DNA of 64,000 nucleotides, taken from the NCBI GenBank assembly GCA_040954595.2, contig CM082598.2, forward strand, positions 8,323,097 to 8,387,096, read 5' to 3'. A model generated the notes under the pieces. That model did no database searches, was not told the DNA's origin, and saw only the letters and a program-made list of their open reading frames with translations. This stretch comes from Balanoglossus misakiensis (taxonomy: Eukaryota; Animalia; Hemichordata). Shown here piece by piece: positions 1 through 13,096 of the stretch (its first letter is position 1; each line of letters begins with the position of its first letter). A program made the position numbers and the translations under genes.

Positions 1-129
1 TGCAACGGTATTTAACCAAATCTCGCGAGATCTCACAATGACCGGAAAATCATCGACGAGGATAGTAGTACAATAACAAAAGTCTGTACTGGAACACACT
101 GCAAAGTGATGTTAAAACAAAAAACTTAC

Positions 130-708
130 GGAGGACACCATTGCCATTTATGAGAAACGGAGCGAGATTCCACGGTTTATGAGTACCTCCCTCATAAATT
201 CCCGCTGCCACCTCAGCAATGTCATTCCCAGACAGTTTTGTGGCCCACACTTCCAGTCCTGTTAAACTACCTGTCACCAGTGCCGAATTTGTATCGAAGT
301 TCCCTCCTCCGACGTTGAGTTGTTCCTGTCCCAAAACTAACCGGCCACCGCCAGGTATAGGTTCGCCCGGGTTTAAGCCATCGCCATTCTGGTAGAGGAC
401 GCTGTTGTCGTAGTATTCCCACGCGCCATTCTCAGATACCCATGTGGCACAAACGTGGTGCCAAGTGCCACTGTTCACCACTAACGGCGTGCTGATCGAA
501 TGGCCTGTGATCACAAGGAGCATGCCGGCCGTAGAGTAATACATTGATAGTCCGTCGTGGTGCTGAGGAGATGCATAGGACACCAGTGAGACCCGCCCAG
601 ACTGTGTGGTTATTAACCAGATACAGACTGTCACGGTATCCAGATTCGGAATATCTTTTGAAATAGTTACATTTGTGTCTGCATTGTGAAATTCCAGAAT
701 AACGCATG
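130..708 (-). CDS. Pentraxin (PTX/LamG-like) domain exon of the SRCR-pentraxin gene; gene continues left of the window
   Basis: Acceptor ttttccacag before 708 and GTAAG donor after 130; 579 nt, phase 1-1. Translation contains TVCIWL, WHHVCATWVSENG (pentraxin HxCxS/TWxS signature), IPGGGRLVLGQEQ and GSLTGLEVW. Confidence 0.88.
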
Positions 709-1393
709 CTGTGGAAAAGAAGAATGCAAAATATCATGCAATAGTTGAATCAGATGTCCCCTACCAATTGGGGATATAGTACACGTAACATGTCACTCAC
801 CAAGTCGACTCTTCCCTGAAAATCAAACTGATTAGAATTAGCCGCCCCATGTGTATGGTACCCGTATAATCTACATAGTTGCATCTCAAAATGAAAACAG
901 ACCGCTTCGGCCAAAGTTGGCGTTAGGCATATAAAGATGAAACATCTTCTTTTGGAAGATGTTGTCTTATAGCCCAATTGTATGGAACTTTGGAAGTTTT
1001 GGTTTGCCTTAAACTATTTTTTTTCTCTTCGATATTCTCCGGGTTCCCTCCCGGGAGATATTTTCATCTGTTTATGGTACGGATCTATTGGTAGTCTTTT
1101 TTGCGAATTACAAAATATGCCTTTTATAAAATAAAGTAAAATGTTGTCAGGAACCTCACAAGCAAACAGTTCGCCTTTGACTGTTCTATTTGATTACACT
1201 TTTGTAAAACATTGCTATTCAATTATTACTGACTAACAAATTGTGCAAATATTAACGAAATTTCATTCAGTCAGTTCGTTTATACAATACATCTGACTAT
1301 ATTACAGTCGCTAAGAGATTTTAGGCACGGCATCAGTAGCACAATTTTGTGTGTTTTCCTCATGGGCATAAAAGTTTACTTTACATCACTTAC

Positions 1394-1566
1394 CTGAACA
1401 AACAACGCTGACATCCTGATTGTGCTCACAATTGTCGATACTCCACCCAGGCTTGGAGCAGAAAGTGAGACGCTTTTCATTTCCATGACACCTCAGGTCA
1501 CCTAGCGCTACGTGACCAACTCCTTCTCCAAAATGTGCTCCCCCATAGGCGATTCCAAACCTTCGC
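1394..1566 (-). CDS. SRCR domain 4, second half-exon
   Basis: tttcag acceptor, GTAAG donor, 173 nt, phase 2-1; AHFGEGVGHVALGDLRCHGNE...CEHNQDVSVVCS. Confidence 0.9.
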
Positions 1567-1604
1567 CTGAAATAGATAAGGCATTCAACGTTTAGAAAAC
1601 AATG

Positions 1605-1807
1605 GTATGTATGTATGCATGTATGTATGTATGTATGTATGTATGTATGTATGTATGTACGTATGTATGTATGTATGCATGCATGCATGCATGCATGCAT
1701 GTATGTATGTATGTATGTATGTATGTATGTATGTATGTATGTATGTATGTATGTATGTATGTATGTATGTATGTATGTATGTATGTATGTATGTATGCAT
1801 GTATGTG
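1605..1807. repeat. (TATG)n/(CATG)n microsatellite in intron
   Basis: About 200 bp of TATG with CATG variants, seen directly; it generates spurious ORFs. Confidence 0.97.
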
Positions 1808-1871
1808 TTAACATGTGTGCGCGAACGAACAAGCACAAGTCATATTTAAAATAACAAATCTTGTTATTTAC

Positions 1872-2025
1872 CTGTATCCTAGATGACGACACGCAACAGT
1901 TGCAGCAATATCATCAAACAAATCATCACAGACTGTTCCCCATTCTCTCCTACTATCCCGTACAAAATGTACTTCTACACGTCCCATGTACTGATTCGGT
2001 CCTCCTACCAAGCGAATGCTAGCTT
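1872..2025 (-). CDS. SRCR domain 4, first half-exon
   Basis: 154 nt, phase 1-2; IRLVGGPNQYMGRVEV...WGTVCDDLFDDIAATVACRHLGY. Confidence 0.9.
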
Positions 2026-2142
2026 CTGGATTTTTGCGAATTGAAGAGAAATAGGTTCGTTGCAAATAACCAATGTAATGCATGTGTATAAAATGGAGAA
2101 AGGGGATTAATGAAGGTGGAATATCACTGCATTAGGGCTCAC

Positions 2143-2324
2143 CAGAGTTTACTGTACACATAACGCCCGCATCTTCAGAGTGGTGACAACTGTGTGTTCC
2201 CCATCCTTTATTGGAGCATTCAGTGAGAACCATTTCATTTCCACTACATTGCATCCCATCTAACCATATGGGACCAGCTCCTTCTCCAAAATATGCTTCT
2301 CCGTGGATGGTTCCATAAGGTAGC
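2143..2324 (-). CDS. SRCR domain 3, second half-exon
   Basis: tctcag acceptor, GTGAG donor, 182 nt, phase 2-1; AYFGEGAGPIWLDGMQCSGNE...CHHSEDAGVMC. Confidence 0.9.
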
Positions 2325-2531
2325 CTGAGATACACCATGAATTCAACGTCTTTAAAAACAAAATACTTTATCTGTGCATAGCAGTGAATGTGTGCGTGCG
2401 TGTGTGCACCCGCATGAATTTTGAGTAACGACGTACAGAACTAATACATGTAAATCAATCCAGGAAAGTGGTTCAATGAAGCCACGGACGCAATAGCACA
2501 TATCAGTTTTAAGAATAAATCTTGCAATTAC

Positions 2532-2700
2532 CCATTACTTGGAACAATATATCCCAGTTGACGACACACAACTGTTGCAGCATTATCATCAAAGCCGTTG
2601 TCACAGACCGTTCCCCACTGACCATTGTGATATATTTCTACACGTCCTTTGTACTGATTCGGTCCTCCTTCCAATCGAATGTCACCTTCAACTGCTGGCC
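2532..2700 (-). CDS. SRCR domain 3, first half-exon (missing from the ORF track)
   Basis: Manual translation [48 protein letters not shown]; GTAATT donor after 2532; acceptor before 2700, with an in-frame alternative before 2691. Confidence 0.85.
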
Positions 2701-3804
2701 CTGGATATGTACGTATCGAAGGAAAATATATTCATTGGGAAATAACTTGAGTTTACTTGTTTAATTTTGTATGTGTAAAATGAAAAGAACATGTATGGAT
2801 TGTGGGTACAATTTCACTGCCTTGTTCAAGTTTACGTCGTCTTAGATTATATATACACGTTGGCATACTTGGTTTCCCTGTTATCAAGTTTAGGAGGCCG
2901 ACATTAATTTCAGAAGAAAAGAACATGATCGAGCCGATTGTTAGTTCGTGGAGTAGATAATTTACTGATAGCCTGTTTATCTCCGGTGACATGAAATCCC
3001 GCTCAAGCATTTACTAGTAAATGCTGCAGAAAAAGTACTATAATTATACGAATACATTTTGAAACACCAATGTCTATTTTCTAGTAAAGCTTTTTTTTGC
3101 CAAGCCGGTTAGTACTTCTTATTGTTAAGATTAAAATCGCTCGATATCACCTCTGGGTTGGGACGATTTGCCGCGAGTGCAGGTGTGGACCACGCCCGCA
3201 TCACAAAACGCGCAGAACATAAACCGGAAAACTGCGCGCATCTGTCTTTTTCCTATAGGATTACATTGAAAATTGCTAGAAAACGAATTCTACTATTGTC
3301 ATTTTCACGAAATTATACACATAGCTCAGTCAAGTAAAAATAAATTCATTGGTCAAATAAAATATAGGGGTCATCGCGCTCTATTTTGAGATAAATTTCG
3401 TTAAAATATTTGCCCATAGGCAAACCATTGGTGAAAAATGCTGAGTCAGCAGTTTTCTTGTATTATCGACTAAATTCAAGCGCGGTGACCCCTATATTTT
3501 AGTATGGATTTTCATTATGCATACAAAGGAGAATCCAAAAATCCACAATTAAAAAAATGATAATACTTTCAATTTTACTGGACGTACATCCTTAAATACC
3601 GTTGATTTGATAATTTAACAAACCTCAGTCTGCATTCAGTACTACAAGTCAGTAGTTACTGTACCAAATGTGATGAATATTGTCAGAAATACAGTTTTCG
3701 TAATGTAGGATTAACTGTATACAAATGGAGATGGACACATCACTTTTTCTGGCCTCAGCTACTTTATTTAACATGCATATAAACGTTCACTGTCCATCAC
3801 TTAC

Positions 3805-3977
3805 CTGCACAAAGAACGCCTGCATCTTCATAGTGATCACAATTGTGTATTCCCCATCCAAGATTGGAGCATTCAGTGAGAACCATTTCATTCCCAACGC
3901 ATTTCACGTCATCTAACCATATCCGATTATTTCCTGCTCCAAAATGTGCTTCTGTATAGGCGGTTGCAGAACTGGTA
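3805..3977 (-). CDS. SRCR domain 2, second half-exon
   Basis: 173 nt, phase 2-1; AHFGAGNNRIWLDDVKCVGNE...CDHYEDAGVLC. Confidence 0.88.
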
Positions 3978-4377
3978 CTGACATAGACAATGCAACGTTT
4001 AGAAAACAATTGAAAATACTTTCTGCAAAAGTGTATATACCCCCCCCCCCCCAATATACATTTGGCATGCGTGTGTGTACGACAGTGGGTGTATGTGTGC
4101 GCCCGCCTGAATTGTGTCTTTCGAAGTACAGAACTAATAAACCTTCTTCTCCATAATATGTTCTACATATTAGGTGGTTCCTAACCTCTGACTAAGGTTG
4201 ATCAGGATCATGAATTCGACGTTTAGAAAACAAAATACTTTCTGTGACCGTGTATGTGAGCGTGCGTGCGTATGAATTGTGAATACCGAAGTACAGAACA
4301 GATAAATCCTACCATAAAAGAGGTTAAATGAAGCCATGGACGCAATAGCATAAGTCATTAACAAATCTTAAAATTAC

Positions 4378-4522
4378 CTATATCCTAGTTGACGACACAC
4401 AACATTTGCAGCATTTTGATCGAAACCGTCATCACAGATTGTTCCCCACTGACCGTTGTGATATATTTGTACACGCCCTTTGAACTGTTCCTTTCCAGCT
4501 ACCAAGCTAATGTCACCTTCAA
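4378..4522 (-). CDS. SRCR domain 2, first half-exon
   Basis: 145 nt, phase 1-2; EGDISLVAG...[33 protein letters not shown]. Confidence 0.9.
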
Positions 4523-4868
4523 CTGGATGTGTGAAAATATATTCATTAAGAAACAACTTAACTTGTTTACTATGGCATGTTGTTCGTGTAAAAATAACGT
4601 CAGAATCCGATTGAATAGGATTCTGACCCTACTAAATGGTACATATAGTAAGATGCTTTTATTTCTACGTTGTTGATAGCCCAGGAATATGAAATTTGAA
4701 GATTGTTGTTATTGGATATTACCGAACTACAATGCGAGATATCCGCGCCCTTCAGACAACAGCAGGAAATTAATTGTACACACAAATCAATATAGGAATA
4801 ATCATAAAATGCTACTTATGAAATTTACATCAAATATGTGATCAAGTTAATGTGATGAAGAGTGTCTT

Positions 4869-6572
4869 ATTTTTTTTTTTTAATACTTTTTATTGGGAAC
4901 ACAAACAGTCATTTTGATACATAAGTAGATTTTAAAAAAAATTGACAATTATTTTTTTTGGAAGCATAACTTAATGAAAAGAAGAGAAAAAACAAAACAA
5001 TCTGGTATTCTCAGTTTGTTATATACCTCATAAGTGACGACCATTTTTTAAGATGAAAATACATTTTATGATTTGCAGTTGCAATCTTAAGTTCAATTTC
5101 ATGTATGTTTTTGAGCTGAACAATAAACCCAGTGATATTCGGAATTCGATTATTTAATTTACAGTAGTAAATGTACATTCTAACTTTCATTGCTAAATTG
5201 TGTAAGACAAAGTGTTTCCAAGGGTGTTTACATTCCACATTCAACAGGCGTTTAATCAGTAATACTTGCTTTGTTTTAATCATCACATCTAAATTGGGCA
5301 TTTTTAAGCCTCCTTGGCCCACCTCCCCTATCATTACATTCCTGCGAACCCGGTCTTGTCCATTCCAGAGAAAATTATAAATTAACTTATGAACCCGACC
5401 TATTACTTCATTAGGAAAAATTACATGTGTAAGCACATATGTTAATTTGGAAATTGCCAATGACTTAATAACTTGAACTTTCCCAATGATGGTCAAATTC
5501 CTAGTTTTCCACATATTGAGGACCTTTTTTAGATTTTCGACTGGGATAAAAATACTTTTCTCCTGGGCAATTGTTTCATTATAAGAAAAATGAATCCCCA
5601 CAATCTTGATAGTAGGGGTGGGCCACTTTACCCCGAACGCCTCATCTTTTCGAAGTCTCCATTTCCCAAGCCAAACAGCTTCTGTCTTGTCTTTGTTGAC
5701 TTTCAAACCAGAAGCATTATAAAAGGAAGTTAACATTTCAAAAACAATTCTTACAGAGTTTTCATTTGATAAAAAACAGGTCATATCGTCGGCGAACGCC
5801 GACTCCTTAATTTCAACACTGCCAATATTGATACCACTAATTTGTCGGTTATTTCTTATTGAATGCAAGAGTGTTTCTAAAACCAGAATAAATAACATAG
5901 GTGACAAAGGGTCACCTTGGCGCACTCCCTTCTCAAGCTTAAAATAGCCAGTACCAAACCCATTGTTCATTACAGTGCTTTCGATGTTAAAATATAAAGC
6001 TTTAACCCAGTTGATGAAGGACACTCCAAAATTAAAGGAAGACAACGTATTGTAGAGATAATCCCAACTTACAGTGTCAAAAGCTTTTTCAAAATCTATG
6101 GGTAATAAAATTGCTGGAATATCAGCATTACAGGTGTAATGAAAAATCTCATCTATCAAACGGATATAATCACCAATGTTTCTCCCCCGGACAAAGGCCG
6201 CTTGGGAGTCACCAATTAAGCAGGGCAAAACTTTCTCAATACGTTTCACAAGGCATTTTGAAGCAAGCTTCATGTCAACATTCATAAGGGAGATTGGTCT
6301 CCAATTTTTCAGATAGAGTTGATCCTTCCCAGGTTTATCAATCAGAGTTATGACACTCTGTTTCTGTGAATTTGAAAATTCCCCCGTTCTGTAACCATAA
6401 TTGAGAGAATTCAAAACTAAATTCCCCACCTGTGGCCAAAACGCCACGTAATATTCTTTTGTAAGGCCATCATTGCCGGGGCTTTTGTTGTCTGGAAGGG
6501 AGAGAAGAACAGAGGAAACTTCCCCAGGGGTCAAAGGACCCTCACACAAAACTTTATCATTCTCTGACAACC
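4869..6572 (-). mobile_element. 5'-truncated Tx1/L1-clade LINE, ORF2 reverse transcriptase region
   Basis: ORF 5011-6675 has KSPGNDG, NWRPISLMN, DFEKAFD, GVRQGDPLSP and AFADD, with a Tx1-like C-terminus (YIYYCK...IE..IA...KW). AATAAA and poly(A) lie near 4870-4895. The first ~34 codons come from the adjacent repeat. Confidence 0.9.
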
Positions 6573-9290
6573 CTGATTCCAAAAAAGGCAGTCTTATTGA
6601 TCCCACCCAAGACAAAATTGCCATTTTGGCACTTTTTAACCCAAAAAGGTCATTTTTAGAAAACACTAAAAACACACTGTTTTCGTCACATTCGAAGATC
6701 TGATGACATATGATATGCCTATTCTATGTAAAATTTGGTTGATATTACGAAAAAAAGCAGTCTGACTGACCCCAAACGAGACAGAATTGCCTTTTTGACC
6801 ATTTTTTGCCCAAAAACGTCATTTTTAGACAAAACTTAAAACACACTCTTCTCTTCATATTGATTGATTTGATGATATATGGAAAGTCAATTCTATGTGT
6901 AAAATGGTGACTATAAAACATAAAGCAGTCTTTTTGACCCCAATCAATACAAAAATGCCATTTTTGGCCATATTTTTGAGGTCAAAAAAGGTCATTTTTA
7001 CAAAAAAAATTAAAAACAAACTGTTTTCTTCATATTCAGAGATCATGTGATATATGAAAAGTTTATGCTATGTAAAATAGTACTGATTCCAGAAATAGCA
7101 GCCTTATTGACCCCTACTCAAGGCAAATGTGCCATTTTTGCCACTTTTTGCCCCAAAAATGTCATTTTTAGAAAACACTCAAAACTTATATATTTTCTTC
7201 ACTTTCGGAGATCTGATAATGTATTATATACCCCCCCCCCCCTGTGTAAAATTTGGTAGGTATTCAAAAAAGTAGGTTTATTAGCGCCACTCAAGATTAA
7301 AGTGCGTTTTTTGGCAAGATTTTGCCCCAAAAAGCAAATTTTAAGAAATAAGCAAACGTTTTTCTTTATATTTGGAAATTTGATCATGTATGAAAAGTCC
7401 ATTTATTGAAAAATTGGTGTTGACTCTAGAAAAAGCAATCTTATTGATCTCAATGAAGATGAAAATACTTTTTGCCCAAAAAAGCGTCATTTTTAGAAAA
7501 TACTAAAAACATGCTATTTTTTCCCCTTTGGTGATCTAATAATAAATAAAAGTCCATTCTATCTTAAAAGTAGCGATTTTTCCAAAAAAGCACTCTTACT
7601 GACTCCACAGAGGGAAAAAATGCCATTTTGGCCACTTTGCTCAAAAAAGGTAACTGTTTGAAACTTCTTTCTATATTTTCAGAGATCTTATGATGTACGG
7701 AGAAGGTCCATTTTTGTTGAAAGGGAGCCGATTCCAAAAAAAAATTCTTTTCAGCCCTACAAAATTGTCATTTTGGCCATTTTTTGGTCAAAAAGGTCAT
7801 TTCAAGAAAAAATGAAAACAAGCTGTTTTCTTCGTATTTAAATGTTTGATTATGAATGGAAAGTCCATTTTTTGCAAAAAATATGCTGATACCAACACAA
7901 CAGTCTTATTAAGACCCCACTCAATACAAAATTGCCACTAAGCCATCTTCTAGTCAACAATTGTCTTTTTCAGAAAACAAAATAATTGGTGTTTTTTGCC
8001 TTTTGAGTTTGATGTTATATTTGCATATTTAAAATGTCATACCATATGATATCAGTTGAATTGATGATATTGAAAGGCAGAGTTGCCACAATTTGGCACA
8101 TTTAGCCTAAAATGGAACTCAACAATAAAACGAGACGATCCATGTATTCACACTGTATACTATAAGTCGGTTATACATGGTATAATTTTTTTATGTACAT
8201 CTATACCAGCTCCGGATAGATTGTTGACATTTATCCTCTTCGTTCTGAATACAAAATCAGAAATTATATTATATCATGATACCTCCGTCATTTTGATTGG
8301 AAAGGGGTGCAATCCCACGATGCTAAATACTCAATAGAGCTAAAACTGGCCCCTGAACTTGCACACAACGGGAAAATGTGGGTTTAAACCTAATAAATAT
8401 AATAAAAACTCTTAAATTCCTTGACGTTTCAATTTGGAGATGTTCTAAGTGAATATTTGGGACTTTGCCATGTGCAGTGCCTGTCTTTTTGTCGCCTGTA
8501 TCATGTTTAATGTTTGGTCCTGGGCGACGTGTTTAGATTCATCGATGCGACCTTGGTTCAATTCGTATAACTTCTTTTACTCTCGACGCTGTTTCATCAT
8601 CATTATGAGTTCAATTTGGGCTATCTCCAAATGCAAACATTTTTTTCTCTAGAAAATGTTTAAAATGATAAATTTGTCTTAAGTAGGTCTTTTTAGGCAA
8701 TAAATTGCCAAAAACGCAATTTTGACTAGAATGGGGTCAATCAGATTTTTTTTACATAGAATGGACTTTTCATACATAATCAAATCTCTGAATATGAAGA
8801 AAACAGTTTGTTTTTAGTTTTTTTTTGTACAAATGACCTTTTTTGACCTCAAAAATGTGGCCAAAAATGGCATTTTTGTATTGATTGGGGTCAAAAAGAC
8901 TGCTTTATGTTTTATAGTCACCATTTTACACATAGAATTGACTTTCCACATATCATCAAATCAATCAATATGAAGAGAAGAGTGTGTTTTAAGTTTTGTC
9001 TAAAAAAACAACGTTTTTGGGCAAAAAATGGTCAAAAAGGCAATTCTGTCTCGTTTGGGGTCAGTCAGACTGCTTTTTTCGTAATATCAACCAAATTTAC
9101 CATAGAATAGGCATATCATATGTCATCAGATCTTCGAATGTGACGAAAACAGTGTGTTTTTAGTGTTTTCTAAAAATGACCTTTTTTGGGTTAAAAAGTG
9201 CCAAAATGGCAATTTTGTCTTGGGTGGGGTCAATAAGACTGCCTTTTTTGGAATCAGCACCATTTTTTACATAGAATGGACTTCACAAAC
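6573..9290. repeat. Foldback-like structure: ~170-bp tandem units (6573-~8020) and an inverted array (~8650-9290)
   Basis: 6573-7050 is a near-perfect reverse complement of ~8760-9257; the gcagtcttattga-like motif recurs at about 6588, 6757, 6926 and 7098. Confidence 0.8.
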
Positions 9291-10072
9291 CTTCCTTTCC
9301 AATTTTTTTTATTTAAAGGCACCTATCTCCTAGGGTAATAACTTGTCATCATAGTCACTAATTGGTAAGGGTACTTGGAAGTATGACGTAATGATGACGT
9401 AATTGATTATTATATCAATTTTTTGCAATAATTAGATACTTTACTCAATCAGCTTTCTGTTGATACCAAACACATCACAGTTTTCATCAGTACAATTGCT
9501 AAGAGACGTGTTTTGCAAAACCTCACATTTATAGGTGAACAGAACACCATTTTCGTAAGGGTATTTTGACTTATGACATCACTATGATGTCACGATTTGT
9601 CATATCACTTTTATTTTGTAATTAATGGAAAGCTTGTTTATTAAGCTTTCTTTTGATACCAAATACTTCCCTGTTGTTCTAGGTATACATTCAGAGAGAC
9701 ACTATTTTACAAGACTAATTTACCCCCCTACGTCAATTTATATGCCTTTTAGGCTTTTCTACATACGTTACCCAATATAATTTAGAAGCCAATAACTCGA
9801 AAACGCCCCGGTGCCCAGATGGCAAACAAAGTGAATTTTACTCAGTATATGAAAGGCTTTCAGAAAAACATTGTCTCAAAAATTCCCCCCCCCCCGGGGG
9901 GGGGGGGGGAGGTAAACCCCTACTGGCTTATGGTCTAATAAGTCAGTAGGTAGTATACCAAGGAGGATATCGTGTATTCCGTACTTACCAATATTGTCTA
10001 CGAATACACATGGTTCAGTGGAAATGGAACTTAATGTAATAGGCACATTAATAGTTACTTTCTGTCACTTAC

Positions 10073-10245
10073 CATAACAAAGAACGCCAGCATCTCGATA
10101 ATGCGGACATGGTTTCATTCCCCATTCAAGATTGGAGCATTCTGTGAGAGCCGCCTCATTTCCTTTGCATTTCGGACGAGTCAGCCATACCGGATCAGAT
10201 CCTCTTCCAAAATGTGCATTTGTATAGGCGAATCCAAACCTTTCA
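10073..10245 (-). CDS. SRCR domain 1, second half-exon
   Basis: cttag acceptor, GTAAG donor, 173 nt, phase 2-1; AHFGRGSDPVWLTRPKCKGNE...CPHYRDAGVLC. Confidence 0.9.
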
Positions 10246-10331
10246 CTAAGGTAGATCAGGCATTCAACGTTTAAATTGTGTGTGTGTGTGTGTGCGTGCG
10301 CGCATGTGTTTGTGCAGGTCATTCTTTATAC

Positions 10332-12922
10332 AACAGTATAGAAAACATTTTCCAATTTCCGAAAAGTAGCCGTTTTTTAAATTTTATTCAAGGAAATTAG
10401 TGTTTTGTTCACAGTACAATATATTTCGATATTTTTCTATGATTATTTTCAAGATGTTTGCAAGTGTACAGAAACCAAAGAATAAACTGTGAAATTTCCA
10501 TATAAATAATGAAGGAGCCATCTTTGGGTTGTATGGATTTGAATATTTCATTGAAAAAAACTAATAACTAAATTATGAATTCAATCAATAGTAAAATTTG
10601 CATAAATTGCTAGTCACTCCAGAAGGGTCAGTGCTTGGAAATGTGAGAGCCTGGAAATTTTCAAGCACTGACAAGGGTCAGTGGTCGGAAATTTCCAGAA
10701 ACTCAGGGAATGTGAGAGCCTGGAAATTTCCAAGCACTGACAAGGGTCAGTGGTCGGAAATTTCCAGAAACTCAGGGAAAGTGAGAGCCTGGAAATTTCC
10801 AAGCACTGACAAGGGTCAGTGGTCGGAAATTTCCAGACACTCAGTGGAATGCGAGAGCTTGGAAATTTCCAAGCACTGACAATGGTCAGTGGTCGGAAAT
10901 TTCCAGACACTCAGGGAATGTGAGAGCCTAGAAATTTCCAAGCACTGACAGGGTTAGTGGCCGGAAATATCGAGACACTCGGGGAATGTGAGAGCCTGGA
11001 AGTTTCCAAGCACTGACAAGGTCGGTGGCTGGAAATATCCAGACACTCAGGGAATGTGAGAGTCTGGAAGTTTCCAAGCATTGACAGGGTGAGTGCTTGG
11101 AAATCTTGAGTTTTTCTATCATGTTTCAAATTATGGCCTTTAGGAAAACGATCTGTTGAGGAACTTCGCCCGTGTTTATATCTTCAACCCTACGGGTGAG
11201 TTTGGTCATTTGACTGCGTTGGCCTCTTCTGCTGTTCTTCTCTCTCTCTCTCCATGCCCGACATCCTGGTTTCGGCACCAACAAATGTACCGCGTACACT
11301 TGGGAATAGGTTAGGAATGAAGAGAGAGGAGCGGGATGGCCAATACTTCTTTATATACAGTGGTTTGAACTGTGACATTTGGAAACTCTGCATAATTCAA
11401 GAACAATAGCATTTGGTAGTTGTGAAGTTGTGACTTTGTATACAGAGTAGAAAGAACAATTATGTCAGATAAACAATACCAATTCCCGATAAACAACTAG
11501 TGTATGGGCTTAACTCAGAGGAGTTGGTAGGCGAAGCCTGTCATGAACATTGTGACGCTAAGGCTCCTTAGACAAACCTGGTGCGTCTGCCGTCCAGATC
11601 CGTACCAGAGCTTTTCGCCGAAATTCGATTTTATCGGGAGAATATCCGTTCCCTGTCTACTAACCAGTTATAACCGACTCCGCGATTGACTTCTTCTAAC
11701 ATCCGAACCGCTCGCTTTCTGAAACTTTTGTGTTTACCCATTGAGATAACCTCACTGTATTCAATATGGCGATCTCAACAGGTAAACGCAAGAGAAAATC
11801 AGAAAGCGAGCGGCTGGGAAGTTAATTACATCATATTTAGAGTCATTTGTGGGTAGACGGGGGAATCTTTCTTTGAATCTCGGCCGAAAAGCTGCTGTCC
11901 GGATCCGGATTTCAGACGAATCAGTTTTGTCCATGGAGCCTTGCAGAGATGTGGTGGAAGCCGTGTATTAAACGCCGGGAGAACGCAGACATGTACGGAG
12001 GACTACCACGACCCCGTCAGTGCTTGGAAATTTCAAGGCTCTCACATTCCCTGAGTGTCTGGAAAGTTCCGACCACTGATCCTTGTCAGTGCTTGGAAAT
12101 GTCCAGGCTCTCACATTCTCTGAGAGTTTGGAAATTTCCGACCACTGACCCTTGTCAGTGCTTGGAAATTTCCATGCTCTCACATTCCCTGAGTGTCTGG
12201 AAATTTCCGACCACTGACCCTTGTCAGTGCTTGGAAATTTCCATGCTCTCACATTCCCTGAGTGTCTGGAAATTTCCGACCACTGACCCTTGTCAGTGCT
12301 TGGAAATTTCCAGGCTCTCACATTAACTGAGTGTCTGGAAATTTCCGACCACTGACCCTTGTCAGTGCTTGGAAATCTCCAAGCTCTCACATGCCACTGA
12401 CTCTTTTCCAAGTATTTCATCTGCAAAATATGGATTTGTCAATGAGCAGTGCTTATTTCCTAAAATTCATACGAAATCCAACGGATTTGTGTGATACGGA
12501 TATTAATCTAACAATTCTTTTAATAAATATTGGGTTTCAGATTTACTTTTTGATGATATTGTTTTTTCTGGCGAAATTTTACAAACAATTGTCACACTTG
12601 CAAATTTTCAGTAGAAATATTACTCATGATTAACATGGCGACAAAATTTCATTAGAAAAAAATCAAAAGGACTGTCATGTACGTGGCTTTGAAGGAGACT
12701 TTTTTCACAGATTAATTTTAATTTGAGTTTAAAGCCAAAATATGACAAAATGCATTTTTCCTGCTGTACAGCTGCAGGAAAGAGATTAAGAATACCTTTA
12801 TGTAATTTTTTCATTAGAAATTGGCAAAGAATAGGGAATATTTTCATAAATTTCTACCTTTTTCAGCTATAATTATGTAAAAAAGAGTTTTTTCGGAAAT
12901 TGGAAAATGTTTCTATACTGTT
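10332..12922. mobile_element. Non-autonomous TIR element with 4-bp TSD and inverted 69-bp tandem arrays
   Basis: TIR AACAGTATAGAAA(A)CATTTTCCAATTTCCGAAAA at both ends; ATAC duplicated at 10328-10331 and 12923-12926; 69-bp arrays at ~10628-11105 and inverted at ~12016-12400. Confidence 0.85.
11560..11942. mobile_element. Nested degenerate MITE (GGCTCC...GGAGCC ends, Harbinger-like)
   Basis: aaggctccttagacaaacctggtgcgtctg matches the reverse complement aaggctccatggacaaaactgattcgtctg; internal palindrome ccgctcgctttctga / tcagaaagcgagcgg; no clear TSD. Confidence 0.55.
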
Positions 12923-12951
12923 ATACATGGTATCACAAAACTTCTAATTAC

Positions 12952-13096
12952 CTAAATCCTAGTTGACGACACACAACGCTTGCAGCTTTGTTATCAAAGG
13001 TGTGATCACAGACTGTTCCCCACTGACCATTGTGATATATTTCTACACGTCCTTTGTACTGAGTCGGTGAGCCTCTCAACCTAATGTCACCTTCAG
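12952..13096 (-). CDS. SRCR domain 1, first half-exon
   Basis: catacag acceptor, GTAAT donor, 145 nt, phase 1-2; [44 protein letters not shown]. Confidence 0.9.

Noticed and set aside
1585-1854. HTYI/MYVC repeat ORFs
   Set aside because: Translations of the (TATG)n microsatellite.
10628-12400. CRISPR-like array or protein-coding repeat ORFs
   Set aside because: The units repeat in full with no unique spacers, the context is eukaryotic, and the ORFs arise only because 69 is a multiple of 3.
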